Shown here in pieces: positions 51,533-64,000 of a DNA stretch of 64,000 bases; the stretch's first letter is position 1; each line of letters starts with the position of its first letter. The notes beneath the pieces were generated by a model. It had not been told where the DNA came from and searched no databases. It saw nothing but the letters and a program-made list of their open reading frames with translations. The position numbers were made by a program, and so were the translations under genes. The stretch spans positions 9,240,001-9,304,000 of the forward strand of contig NW_024704743.1 in NCBI RefSeq assembly GCF_018977255.1. Reading direction: 5' to 3'. Source of the DNA: Callorhinchus milii. Taxonomy: Eukaryota.

Positions 51533-53976
51533 ATAAAGTCAAATTTTGACAACTTGAATGCTGAGAAAAAGCACAACATTCTTAGTCGTTCATGTTTATG
51601 ATGTCTAGACATTGAAGAAATGGCAAAAAGCTTGTGGCCGACTGATATTTACGAAATCAGTTCCATTTATTAAATACAGTTTCATGGTAGTGCATTATTT
51701 ATCTCACTCTGGGTGTTGCTACTATTTTTCTATACTTTATTGAGTTGACTGAATTGCCCAATCTTGCCCTGCCAGTTTATTCATTTGGGCATTGTCTCGG
51801 CTGTGGGGCCACTGGCAAGTGTACTCATTCAGCAGCTCTTTTGCTGAATCAATGTACAAAGGAAAAAGTATCTAAGGTTGACCAGGTTGCATCAATCAGT
51901 GTATGAGACAAAGTGCCTGTAAAGCTGCTCTATCTCCAAATGGACGCCAGGTATCATAGAATCACTGTAAAATTCTATGATTCTATGTTATCCCCTATGT
52001 TTTTTTCTTACAATGAAAACATGGAGTTTCAGTTGTTGGTCAGTGCACTGTATAAAAAAAAATGGGGTAACAAGACTTTGTGAACACCCTGTACATTTCA
52101 ATAGTAAAAACAAAGAAAATACAAGAAGCAGAGAGACCCAAATGTGCAGATGCACAGGACACTACAAGGGGAAGTGCAGGCAGATCAGTGTGCAAATAAG
52201 GAGGAACCGGTGAAGAAACAGAGGAAATGCAGGTTCCAGTCCTTGAATCAATCCTGTACCCCATTAGCTCAACTACCAGATGACCCCATCACAGTAAATA
52301 TGGTGGTAGCCTCAAAGTTAGCAGCAATGTGAAGAAACAAAACGAAATGCTGGGATGGCCAGTGAACTACCAGCTGATGGTGAGTCAAGAGTCACATTTT
52401 AAAGGGGACACATTCAGTTCTCAGACTCTTGTTTATTACATCCCGTTTCCTGCTTCTTTGTCCAATCTCCTTTCCCTTTTTAAGCGGTACTTTAAAAACT
52501 GAGCTTCAATATCTTTCGAGCATTTTCCATACTGATCTGCAGAGCTTAATACCTAGCTTTACCCAGGGGCTCGGGCATCTGTCAGCACAACAATGTAAAG
52601 TGAAGGGTTAGAGACTTGGCACACATCTGCACACAGTGTATTTAATAATTGAGAGGATATTAAAGCTAAGCAAAAGCTGTCTACAACTTCCAATGCAAGT
52701 TTCCTCTGAGAATCAGCAGACACAAAACCTTGACTGTATGCGGCTACTGAACTCTATAGGCACTGTGCTTCTGTCAATGATTTACTTTAGGACAGTCCAC
52801 ACGTTTCCATTAAGTAGAGGGGAAAAGAAAATCTCTGGTACTTTGGGTAATGATATTTTTTTCATGAATTTGAGCATTCATTACTGTTCCATTCGTCGGC
52901 TTGTGGGATCATTCTGCTGTGAAATTCAGAGGTGAAATACGCATCTTTACCTGCCAGAAAGCAGTTTCAAAATAAAGTGGTCAACATGAACCCTGAGCTC
53001 AATATTTTGCCAACTAACACTTACGCATCCTGAAAGTGAAAACAAAACCAGTGCGCACGTACTTACAAATTAAAGGTTTAAAGGAATTGTCTGCTCAGTC
53101 CAAGAACGATAAGGCTGCCGGGAGCCTGTCATTCACTCATGCCAGACACACTTTGATAATGCGTTTGTCATGATACTTAAATATTTATGTGCTGACACAA
53201 ACTGTGTTGCTGACAGTATTTCACAGATTGACACAAAGGTTAGCGTTAATGGTAGAAACGCAGAACAGTCTTCTTGTCGAGCAGTTGTGCCACTTATCAT
53301 TACAGTCACAAAGCTGACCACAGTGGAAATCTTGAACTCAAAAACTTTTTAGCAACTAAACCATTAATTGTATGTATGTCCGATTGCACCCCATTAAAGA
53401 GCACGTTACACCAGCCAGCACAAAAGCATATGTAATAAACAACAGGCTGAACAAACAGACCTACATTTTATCAACAAAACCATTAATTATACAGAAGCAC
53501 ACATGCACCGCATTAGGGAACCTGTTAAAAACTAGTCAGAACCAAGGCAAATGCGTTTCCTAACAAGCTTAAAAACATAGAATGTATGTTTTATAACTTT
53601 GCAAACAGAATATATTGTATATGTTACAGGTGAAGCAAGTAAATCTTATTTGTGCAATAATTGTAACACAGTTAAATACAATTTAACAGCTTTACTCAGA
53701 TCAAAATCTTAGGGTTTATAAACCGTTGTATTGCATTATATGCATGTACTATCTGTTCACAAGATGCCCTCGCTTTGAGTGGTAAGCACTTGGCTGAACT
53801 TTAGCTTTAAATATGCTATAGACTATTAAAACACCAAAAATGGGAAGCCCTTCATATTGGTTTCATCAAAAATATCTCATCAATTGTCATAAAGAACATG
53901 CTCCAAAAGAACTCTCACAAGATTGTTTTTGGATGAAGAAGATCCTTTGGGCCCATTTGATTCAAGCCTTCCAAAT

Positions 53977-54225
53977 ACAACAACAGCAAAATTACATTTG
54001 TAAAGCGCCCTTTACATCGGGAAGATGTCCCAAGGCGCTGAACAGTCAGGGATCAGGAACTGAGCGTGGGGGTTGGGTGGGGGGGCTGGGCAGGGTTGGG
54101 GTGAGGGAGGGCAGAGAGGTAGGAGGGTGGCTGAAGGCACAGTCGAAAAGGAGGGTCTTCAGTCGTGCCTTGAAGGAGGTAAGGGAGGGAGAAAGGCGAA
54201 GGGATTGTGGGATGGAGTTCCAAAT
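53977..54225 (-). mobile_element. L2 LINE 3' end
   Basis: Reverse complement matches the 3' UTR and tail of the 58075-59069 element. Confidence 0.8.
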
Positions 54226-54679
54226 GAAGTTCTAAACCATACTTCTTGGCAACCCGTTCCAGTCGTTAATTATCCTCAGGTTAAACAAAAGCATCCTGGT
54301 CTCTGTCCTGAAATGCCCTGTGCAAATCCCAAACCAATATCCTCTTGTTCTATGCGTTGATCCATTCTAAAAGTAATGAATCTCATTTAAAATTAAAATA
54401 TATCTCTATGTGGTCCCTCTGAGATACTTATTTAAGAAGGAAAAGCTTATCCAATCTTTGCTCATAGCTCAATCCTTTAACATTGGGGATCATCCTCATT
54501 GCTCTCCTCTTCACTGCCACTATCCCTGGAGTCTATTTTACCATCAAGGGCATGATTCAGAAAGTACTTGAGGAAACGAAAAGGTCACTGAAGGGAAGAC
54601 AGTATAAAAAATAAAGATATTAAAAGAGAGCAGAAGAGAAATTAGCTCTATCTAAGAATAATGTAGTAAATTTGGAACA

Positions 54680-54950
54680 GGGCAGCAAGGTGGTACAGGG
54701 GGTTAGTACGCCGTCCTTTCACCACTGAGATTGAAGTACAAATCTAAACCAGACTGATGGAATGAAAGCCTTAACTAAGATCTCAGTCCGCTCCAGTCCA
54801 CAGTATAAAGAATTCCCAAAATCCAGAATAATTGGCAGTCTCCTGCAGAGAGAGAGCGAGAGAGACCATCAGGATAGCTTGTCTGGGCAATGGAAACGTT
54901 ACACCAATGCATTATAGGCTTCTCTTCTGAGGCTGTCTGAGTTGGATGTT
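54680..54950 (+). mobile_element. Decayed LF-SINE-like element
   Basis: tRNA-like head (cctttcaccactgag...caaatctaaaccagactgatgg), then tctcagtcc..gtccaca..taattggcagtctc..cagagag, as I recall the LF-SINE consensus. Confidence 0.45.
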
Positions 54951-55514
54951 GTGCTGCACTGTTGGGTAGAAGAGAGGCCAGATTCATTTTGCAACAAAAT
55001 GCCGTTAGATGAAAAAAAAAATAGGCTCCTTGACATAATTTCACTGATTTAATTTTTTTTTAGAAATTTCATCAAATTCCAGTCTAGGATTGTCAAAGTA
55101 ATTGCTGCAGGACAAAATGCTTGAGGCGTTCAAAGTTGTTTTTCAATAGAGTTGCATACACCATGATACAGCATGGAAACAGGCAATCTGGCTCAAATAG
55201 TCCGTGTTTATACCCCAAGAGAACCTCTATTCTTTCTTATTCCCCTCGATTCCCTTCTCCCTCATACGTTTTCTCTTAAATATATTGATGCTATTTGCTT
55301 TCAACAATATCCTTCTGAGCTGATCATGAAAAATGACAGAATTTCAGCCTAATTCAGAAGAATTATTATGTTATCTTTTTTCTTGGGTTTCAGAATTTTC
55401 CAAATCTTGATAAGCTCTAAACCAGAGACTGACATTCATTTAACGCTGCTCTTTCCACACGAGTTTGCTGGCAGAAAGAAACATAGTGAAGAGTTTTCAA
55501 ACAGATTGACTTCA

Positions 55515-55897
55515 AGATGCACTCACTCATTTTCAAATCCCTTCATGCCCTCGCACCTCCAGTCCTATCCAATGTGCTTACCCCCCACTCCTGCACCCGC
55601 TGCCTCGCTCGGCTGACTCCGGCCTTCTGTTTGTCCCTTGCCCCCTCCGCTCCAACATCGGTGCCGTGCTTTCAGTCACTACACCCCAAAGCTCTGGAAC
55701 TCTCTCCCTCAATCCCTCCGCCTTGCCCTCTGCTTCCCCATTTTCAAATCACGCCTAAAGACCTTCCTTTTTGATCGTGCTTTCGGTCACCTCCACCTTC
55801 CCTCTGCCCCTGGCTCAGAGTCAAATACCACCACTGTCAAGCACTCCGGGATGCTACTCCGCATGAAGGAAGCTATGTAAATGCAAGTTGTTGTTTG
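55515..55897 (+). mobile_element. L2 LINE 3' fragment, second tail type
   Basis: LIFKSLHALAP and KLWNSLP..FKSRLKTFLF motifs; tail gggatgctactccgcatgaaggaagctatgtaaatgcaagttgttg. Confidence 0.85.
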
Positions 55898-56829
55898 AAA
55901 TTCCCGGCACTAAACACTTAACACGGTGTCTGATTTGTGAGGAAGGAAAAGCAAGGCACCAGAGCAAAACAATGAGTCCACATTTTGTGTAGCATAGCAC
56001 AATGTTGTCAAGCCCTTTGCCTAGTGTTTTGGATAGTCCTTTACCCCATCTATCGCAGATAACTAAATAATGGAATTGGAAAGGGAACAACATTCCAGGA
56101 TCGACGAAATGTGATAACCAGGCACGTCACTCGTCTCTGGTATCATTATTTCAGCGATCCATCAAATAGGCAGAAATTGTCAAAACGTCCTGTGGGAATG
56201 CAAAGAGTAAGACGTCACTGAGTGCTTTATGCAATGAGGTCTTGCATTCCATGTGTATGTAGAAGCAATAAAATAATCTCAGGTTTTTCAATGTTAAGAG
56301 CTGGAGATGCTCGAAAGAGCATTGTTCAAATGCTAGCGCCTCTGATGATCGTTGCTCCAGTATTGCTATGTAAAAGCAATGTAAGGGAAGCTGTTCTAAT
56401 CAAGTGCAAAAGGTCAAGAGAGAAACAAGGATGAAGGGAATTAATTAGGTGACAACTGGAAATCCTGACCGTGAACAATTAAGGCAATTACCTACTGTTG
56501 CCATGCTAGAAGTATTCTTAATGCAGAGTCATCTGTATTCAGTCACTTCCCCACAGATGTAATCAATAATCACTCACTTAGCCTTTTTCACACCATTGTT
56601 ATACTAACACACTACGAAAATATACTTGCAATATTGGCCTGAAGAGGACAGGATATTGGTCGAACATTTTCTGACAGTCCTTTCTGAAAACCCTTCACCT
56701 TTGCGATTTTTTCACTAAGATATTGTCACCGATTTATATAGATTTCGGGATAAATATTTGAAAGAGAACAACATAGCAGGATATAGGGAAAATCCTGGAA
56801 TTGGGATTATGGTAGATAGCAGCTCCACA

Positions 56830-57790
56830 GCACTCTCTCTCAAGAAATGAATTTAAGTTTGAAATTAAGAGATCAAAACTGCACGGTATTCCAAATGTGA
56901 CCTCATCAAGTTCAATTTACAAAAATAACATATAACTTATACACGACTCCCTTCAACCAAAATTCTATTCACTTATTTTACCTGGGAACACTGCTCATGT
57001 TTATAATGACTCATTTACCAAAACTGAGGTATTTCTCCTGTTCTGATATTTCAAGGATATTTCCATTCAGCATCTATTCCACACGACTCTCTCTAATGCA
57101 GAATCTCATACATTAAACTACATATTAAATTGTAATTCCCACCTATCTGCCCATACACCCAGCTTTTCCAGATCCTTCTGAATGGTTGCACAGTGACCTA
57201 ATTGTTTGCTACTTTTTCCAGTTTGGTGTCGACTGAAAATGTAGACACCTTTAACAGGTTACGAGTCTCCGAAGCAATTTGGTTCTGACCCCATTACAGC
57301 CCTATGCACCAGTACCCTTTCTACCAAATGACCATATGTTCATTGCGTTTAATGCATTTCCACCTATCTTATGGGTCTAATCTTATTCAGTTCCTCAATT
57401 CAGAAATAGTATGAACTGCTTTTCCGAATTCCAGATAATAACATCCCCTGCCCCATTCCTATTACTTGGTCTATAACATCCTCAAAGCAATTCAATAAAT
57501 CTGCTGGCTGTCTGATTAGCCTATGTGCCTCGGGTTGTTCACTTAAAATGTTTCCTTTATCACTTGATCGCTATCAATTGATGGCTCATCTCTATCCTCT
57601 TTTCTAAAAATGGGACTTGTGTTTACTATTTTCTAATCCACTGGTATTGAACCCGACTCCAATGAAATCTGAAAAACATGCGTGAGGACACTCACAATCA
57701 CCCAAGACCATTCTTTTTGAGCTCTGAAGTGAAAGCTACCAGAGGCAAGACGTCTCATCTACCTTTAGCTTTTGTAATCGACCCAATCTT
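56830..57790 (-). mobile_element. Highly decayed CR1 RT fragment
   Basis: Reverse strand retains remnants of D..YL.FGKA (about 57415-57445), F.VDTKL (about 57220-57240), LGVWADRW (about 57140-57165) and HIWNTVQ/PHLEY-like sequence (about 56880-56905) in CR1 order. Confidence 0.6.
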
Positions 57791-58074
57791 CTGTGAAGGC
57801 AAAAGACATTAAGTCTACATTTTCCTTCAAACCTCGGCACTTCTCCAATCTTTTCATTTGTGGCGGCTGGGCGTAATGGGGATGCCGTGTCAGCATTGGG
57901 AATTGGGAAGCATTCCCAATTCTACAGATGGCATTACCTATCAATCTTCTTCAGCCCTATATTCCAGGGTGTGCCTTCCATTCTTCCAACTCAGATCTAT
58001 TGCTTGTTGCCCACTCCCACCACTCCACAACCAATAGTCAAGTCATCGTCCACCTTTCAGTCCACTGTAAGTCC

Positions 58075-59069
58075 ACTCTACCTTTCCTCCTCTACCCTCA
58101 ACTCCACGACCATCAATGTCCTGACAGCCTGCCTGTCCGACATCGAGTCCTGGATGAGAGACAACTTTCTTCAGCTCAACGTCCGCAAAACTGAGGCCCT
58201 CCTGATTGGCTCACGTCAGCGCCTCCGCACCTCAGGCGCTGACAGCATCAGCATCCAAGGCTGCACTCTCCACCTCTCAAAGCCAATCAGGAACCTCGGG
58301 GTTCTGTTCGACCCTGAGCTGTCCTTTCTCCCCCATATCCGCGCCACAACTGGCACCGCCTTCCATCACCTCCAGAATGTCGCCAGACTACGGCACTACC
58401 TCACCCCTCACGCTGCTGAAAGTCTGGTCCACGCCTTCATCACCTCAAGGCTGGACTATGGGAACTCTCTCCTCGCCGGCCTTCCCGGCACCTCCCTCCA
58501 CAAGCTGCAGGTCATTCAGAACTCTGCAGCTCGTGTACTGTCCCGCACCAGGCTTCGGGACCACATCACTCCCACCCTCGCTCACCTCCACTGGCTCCCC
58601 ATCCCTCAGAGGATCGAATTCAAGATCCTCACCCTCACCTACAAGGCCATTCACGGCCTTGCTCCCTCCTACCTCTCCGACCTACTATCCCCCTACCTAC
58701 CCGCCCGTACCCTCCGTTCCTCTGGCTCCGGTCTGCTCCACATCCCCCGCCCCAACCGCCCCAACCGCCCTACTATCGGTGGCCGGGCCTTCAGCCTCTC
58801 AGCCCCTAGGCTCTGGAACTCCATCCCCCAGTGCCTTCGCCTTGCCTCCTCCCTTTCCTCCTTCAAGGCCGGTCTCAAGACCTTTCTCTTTGACCGTGCC
58901 TTCAGCTCCCCTCTCGACTCTCTACCCCCTCCTCGCTCCCTCCTTTCCCTCCCCTCACCCTGACCATTTCCCTCTTGCTCGGGTCCTGACCCAACTGTAC
59001 AGCGCCTTGGGATGTCCTCCTGACGTGAAAGGCGCTCAATAAATGGAATCTTGTTGTTGTTGTTGTTGT
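58075..59069 (+). mobile_element. 5'-truncated L2 LINE with uninterrupted ORF2 C-terminus, 3' UTR stem-loop and (GTT)n tail
   Basis: ORF 57860..58963 has L2 motifs (CLSDIESWMRDNFLQLN..KTE, RNLGVLFD, HAFITSRLDYGN, LHWLPIPQRIEFK, GGRAFS..APRLWNSIP, FK..LKTFLF). Stem AGCGCCTT...AAGGCGCT precedes the tail. Confidence 0.93.
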
Positions 59070-59369
59070 ACTCTGCAACTCTCCTACAAAATCATTTTTC
59101 CTTATTAACTCTCTTCCTGCCTTCAAAAACAAATATTTTCAACCACATACTGGATTTGGTCATCATCTTTAAATCTCTTATTTCCCTGCCCACAGTGACT
59201 ACCATTGTGTTTGTCTTGCACATTCAGACATATTTACATGAAAGGCATTATATAAATTCAAGATGTTGCTTCCTTCCAGTTTCCTTTCAATTTTTTCACC
59301 AATTTTGAAGTCTTCAAGCATTCTTTCACCCTCCCCGACAGTCAGCTTACCTAAAATTTAGCTTCTTTA

Positions 59370-59692
59370 ATATAATACTAATCCTTGCATTTGATAAAGC
59401 GCCTTATCACATTACTGAAACATCTCAAAGCGCTTCACAGATATATTGTAAAGTGGAATTTGGGGGCAAAACGCGGCAGCCAATTGCGCACAGCAAGGTC
59501 CCACAAACAGATGTGGAATTATTACCCCCAGAAAGTGATCCAACAATCAACTAAGAATCGGGTTACTCCTACTGCTAGGTAAACAGAAGCGTGTGGAGTA
59601 AGGAAACATGCCTAAGGTTTCACCCTGCTCAGGAAAGAAACCCAGTTCCTCTCGCTTGCAAGGCGAGCGCCCTAACCACTATGCTATGGGAT
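59370..59692 (-). mobile_element. tRNA-derived SINE, long subfamily
   Basis: Head, accttaggcatgtttccttactccacacgcttctgtttacctagcagta block and L2-type tail. Has an internal deletion in the 3' body. Confidence 0.85.
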
Positions 59693-60609
59693 TCTACGAA
59701 AACTGTATTGGTTTTCTTTCCTTATATTTTGCTGGATATTCTCTCAACATTGAAAACCACTATTGGAAAAATGCAAAAACATTATTGCATTTTTCCTGAT
59801 CAGTATTGTTTACTGTTATTAAGTCTTGCCCCAAAAAAACCTTGAGAATCATATGCTGCAAGAACAGTCACAAGTAAGGCTATTTTAAGAACTTTATACT
59901 CAGTCAACTCAATCCCTGTTTTGAGAAAAACATAACTTGTTACTGGCACAGAAATGTCCCCATGTACACTGCTGGGTCCAAACAGACTTTGAAATCAGAC
60001 TGACACTCCAATACATTGTTGACCATGCTGTCCTTCAAATGAGACTATAAGCAAGGTTCTATCTCCACAGTACTATTTGGGAAAAAAGAAGGGAGTTTTT
60101 CCTTGTGTCCTGGTCAATAATCCCACCAAATAAAATTGGTCACTCATTTCACGGCTGTTTGTGGGACATTTGCCTACAAATACAGTCATTGCACTTCACA
60201 GCAAAATCTTTTGCACAGCTTTGGTATGTAATAAGACATAATAAGGTGCTATAGTATATCATATGCAAGGATTATTATTATAGTCTAGGCTGACACTCTA
60301 GTGCAGTACTGTGAGAGGTGCCATCGTTTAGATGAGCCTTTAAAGTGAGGTCCCATCTGAGTGCTCAGAAGCATATGTTAAGGACCCCGTGACACGATTT
60401 GAAAATAGCTTACGAAAACATTCAATATCCTTCTGAAGGTAGGTGGCCCAAAAGTGCACAACATATTTCAAAAGTGCCAGTAATCTCTGCAAGATCAGAA
60501 TAAGCTCTTGTGATTTATCGACAAACATCATTGAGTTTCAACCTTGTATTTAATTTGCTTTGCTGACAGCAAGGCCACATTAGTCAGAAACCATCATTGA
60601 ATGATCAAT

Positions 60610-61390
60610 AAAACAACACAAATTTACATTTATATAGTGTCTTTCAATTGGGAGGGGGAGGGAAGATGGCCGAAGGTGCGGTCAAAAAGGAAGGTCTTCA
60701 GGCAGACCTTGAAGGAAGCGAGGGACGAGTCAAAGGGACTCCGAGTCTGACTGTTGGTGGCGGGTGAAGAGCGTGAAGCAGATAATAACTGGATAAAATC
60801 CTTCCTCTCCAAGTTATTCTCGTGGATGAGAGGGTGGACTCCCCCACCCTCCAAGCACTCATTCTGCTCCTGCACACGCACACCCCGGCAACAATGGGCA
60901 TTGCCTCTTTCTGTTATAGTGCGACTGACTCACCTGTCAAAAGGTGGAAAATCAAATAAAAATATCAATAAAATATAAAATACACTTATATAGCACCTTT
61001 CACATCAGGAGGATGTCTCAAAGAGCTTGACAATAATGACTGGGCACCTGAACTGTGGGTGAGAGCCAAGGAGGAGGGGGTAGATGACCGATGGAAAGAG
61101 GGAAGCCTTGAATAAGGGGAGGGAGGGAGCAAGTTGGAAGGATTGCATGTGAGAGAGGGGACAGACCAGCTGAAAGCTCGCCCACGAGTGGTGGGATGGA
61201 TAGGATGAGGGACAGTGTTCAACAATGTAAGTGCATTTCATAATAATAACCCTTGTATTTGATATAGGCTCTCATCATGTTGAAACATTTCAAAGCGCTT
61301 CACAGGATATACTGTAAAGTGGATTAACTGTATTTTGTGTCAGTTTGCCACAGGAGTGTCCCACAAGCAGCCGTGGAGTGAGTGAGAGTA
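60610..61390 (-). mobile_element. Cluster of L2 3' fragments and a SINE tail
   Basis: FKVCLKTFLFD in ORF 60630..60881, RGRAFS in ORF 60986..61225, SINE tail at about 61240-61390. Confidence 0.7.
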
Positions 61391-61899
61391 AGCAAGTGTG
61401 TTCCAGAATAAGATGAGAGAACACAAGTCAAGTCAGATCAAGAGAAATAGATATACATTCTACGCATTTCTATATTATTACATGTAGAAAACTGATAAAC
61501 CTAATCACACTCCACAATATCAATTGCCTTTTTTCCAATCTAATTTTCTTCAGTCCTTCAGCATTAACAGTAGTATAATCACAGGAGTTATCCTTTGCGA
61601 TAGCTCTTGGAGTTTCACCCTCTGAGTATTAAAAGACTCATTAGTTCTGAAGAAATATTTTCCATTTCATGCTTTTTTTTAAGTGACCTTGTAAAAGATG
61701 TCATACTGTAATAAAGCAATGCTGAATATTACACCACATAATAGGGGCACGACACAGAACACACCAACTGGCCTTGATCTAATCAACATTGGGAACAATA
61801 TGCACAATTATTAAAAATTTTAAACATCAGACATGTGTTTGAAAAATAGCTACTGTAGTTCAAGAAGTCTCAACCAACCCAAAGTATTCCCAACAAGAA

Positions 61900-62240
61900 A
61901 GCCTGGTTCATTTGGTAGCTCTCTCGCCTCTGAGTGAGAAGTTGTGGCTCAAAAACAGTGTGACATTCCAATACAGGAATAGGGGAGTGCTGCATTGTTG
62001 GAGTTACCATCCTTTGAAATAGATATTAAACCAGGGGCTACCACTTTAGGTGACGGTTAAGGATTCCATGGCACTATTCAAAAAGAAATGGGAAGGTTTT
62101 CTTGGCTTCCTGGCCAACAATCCCCCAAATAAAATTCATCATTCACTTTGTGGATGTTTGTGGGATGTTATTGTGCACAAATTGCCTACAAATGTACACA
62201 CATAATTTACAGTACAATTTGAAGCATCCTCCCAACATGA
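61900..62240 (+). mobile_element. Older DeuSINE copy
   Basis: gcctggttcatttggtagctctctcgcctctgagtgagaagttgtgg head and Deu-type body. Confidence 0.75.
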
Positions 62241-62381
62241 AATTCCACTTTGTTAAGACAAGCGCAGTTCGTTTTAAATTTAAGATGGTACAAAATGGCG
62301 TGAACAATTCTTAAATTGATTCTCAATTTGGAAGCTGGTTTTCTGCAGCTTTTCAATTCCTGACCATTCTCGTAGTAAAAG

Positions 62382-62492
62382 AAAAATGGCCGAATTCCAA
62401 GCCAACAGGTTACCGCTGATATCTGTGTATGCTACATGAAAAGCAGGAAGTGACATTGATGGCAACCTAATGACTTGGAAGATGGCCATTTT
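62382..62492. repeat. Second copy of the palindromic element
   Basis: aaaatggccgaattcc...aagcaggaagtgacattg...acctaatgacttggaagatggccatttt. Confidence 0.7.
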
Positions 62493-62569
62493 ACCATGAA
62501 AATCTGACAGTTACAAGGGAAGCCAATAAGTTGAAAGAAAAGACCTCTGCAATGTTGAGGGGCTGGGTA

Positions 62570-62950
62570 GACTAGAGCTGCATTCTTTACAGCTGAAGAG
62601 GTTATGAGATGATCTGATTGAGATATTTAGAATAATTTGAAAGGAACCGACAATATAGACAATAAGAAGAGATCCCAAAAAAAGCAATCATCTTAAAATT
62701 AGTACTAAACCAACTAGAAGCGGGGTATGAATATGTGGGATGCAATGTCCAAGACGGTCTCACTGGCAGAAACATCTGGGTTGTTTAAAAGGAAGATCAT
62801 CTTCAAAATGTCCAATCACATTGGGAAATAAGGCTATTTAAGGGCTACAGAACAAAGCCAGGAAAATGGAATTAGAAAATCTGCCAATGATCAAATAAAC
62901 AGGCGGAACAAACGCGATAGGCTCCTCTTGGTCCTATAGTGCAAAATTCT
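62570..62950 (+). mobile_element. Decayed CR1 3' fragment
   Basis: gaagaggttatgagatgatctgattgagatatttagaat (RRLR.DLIE-like) followed by CR1-like 3' UTR. Confidence 0.6.
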
Positions 62951-64000
62951 GTAAGGCCTTAAATTTTAAGTCAGTGCTGAGACCCAGTGAGATTTCTAGC
63001 CACTGAAGTATGAATGCCGATTGATCTTTGTCCTCCCTGGCCCACAGTGTGGAGAACAACTGCAGCACCACGATGTGAGAGGGGAATGGAAAAGTAGCTT
63101 AACTGCTTGAAATAAGTGACCGGGGAATACGAGATCTGTGAAACCTGTGAAACAATAATTAAAACAATGTAATGAAAAGGACGACTTTGCCACTGAGGTT
63201 TAGTTGTTTAATATTGCCAAAGTCATCCGCTGTTTGACTCGTGAAATCACTGAATAATAAAATTAGAGGGATGCATAATTCATCACGTCGAGCTCCGACA
63301 TAGACTAAAATGCACACAACACACAGGAGGTAAAAAAAAAGTTGCTTTTGACCATGCAGCAATAACACAAGAACATTCATAAGTGAAACAACCCTAGAAA
63401 AGCGCCCAGGTTACTCTGTTTAGAGAATCCCAACATAAAGCAGTTTAAACAAGCGATAAAAGCTAATTCATTGTGATTAACTGCAAGGTTCTAACTGTGA
63501 TAGATCGAAAAGCAATCATCTGTAAATAATGACATTTGTTGATGGCACCGACGCTTACTGGCTATAAATGCCGTGCGATACTTATTAGCTAAATCAAAGC
63601 ATAAAAGCTAATGAACTGGAATGCATTGCCTCTGAAAGATAATTAAAAGACATAGTGAACAATCAAAATAAGTTTGCTTTCCTTGCAGAACAAACATTCT
63701 CTCTTTCCTAATCACTCATATGGATTGTTTTAAATATATAAAAACACACACAATAAAAAAATTAAGAAATTCAAAATAATTTTCCTCCCCCCTTTTTTTG
63801 CTGTCTCAAGTCCACACACTTCCTCCCACAGCTGCCATTAATCTCCCTCCCTGGATCAGGTAACAGGAAATGTATTTCTCTGGCATGGGAGCCAGGCCTG
63901 CTGGGCTCTTTCCTCCATTGATGAATAACAATCGTCCAGCAAGCAGTACTCCATCGAGTGGCCTAACTGAGAAGTGCTATAACACGGCCAACAAATACTC

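Noticed and set aside
57860..58963. 367-aa ORF as a novel host gene or domesticated RT
   Set aside because: It is a truncated L2 ORF2 lacking the catalytic YADD region. The first roughly 70 codons are unrelated flank with a GTG start. The overlapping 278-aa ORF is an alternate frame of C-rich LINE sequence.
49536..64000. Searched for the preceding Par-3 exon (YRSLPRD...SLSASHPM-like)
   Set aside because: Not found by eye; it probably lies beyond the window end. Not taken as evidence of exon loss.

Overview
Eukaryotic, intron-rich vertebrate DNA. The repeat content (tRNA-headed DeuSINE-like SINEs, L2 and CR1 LINE fragments) points to a cartilaginous fish; that assignment is inference. The window lies inside one minus-strand gene, pard3 (Par-3 polarity scaffold). 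I traced nine coding exons from 49535 down to 6463, all with GT-AG boundaries and compatible phases: 92+84+126+383+140+129+39+189+171 = 1353 nt = 451 codons. They encode PDZ1, the PDZ1-2 linker, PDZ2 and PDZ3, and correspond (from memory) to human PARD3 exons 6-14. Four of them, including a 39-nt cassette exon, are not translated in the pard3 frame in the supplied ORF track. The start and stop of the gene are outside the window. Introns hold many SINE copies, L2 and CR1 reverse-transcriptase fragments and several fold-back elements. I found no wholly new biological system. The best leads are a young, apparently recombinant SINE (tRNA-Ala head + CORE-like box + DeuSINE-type 3' body + L2 tail), a near-perfect 68-nt hairpin made inside a SINE relic, a three-copy palindromic element family, the 39-nt cassette exon with splicing motifs, and two Gly substitutions in PDZ motifs. 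Exon coordinates were counted by hand; repeat boundaries are approximate.
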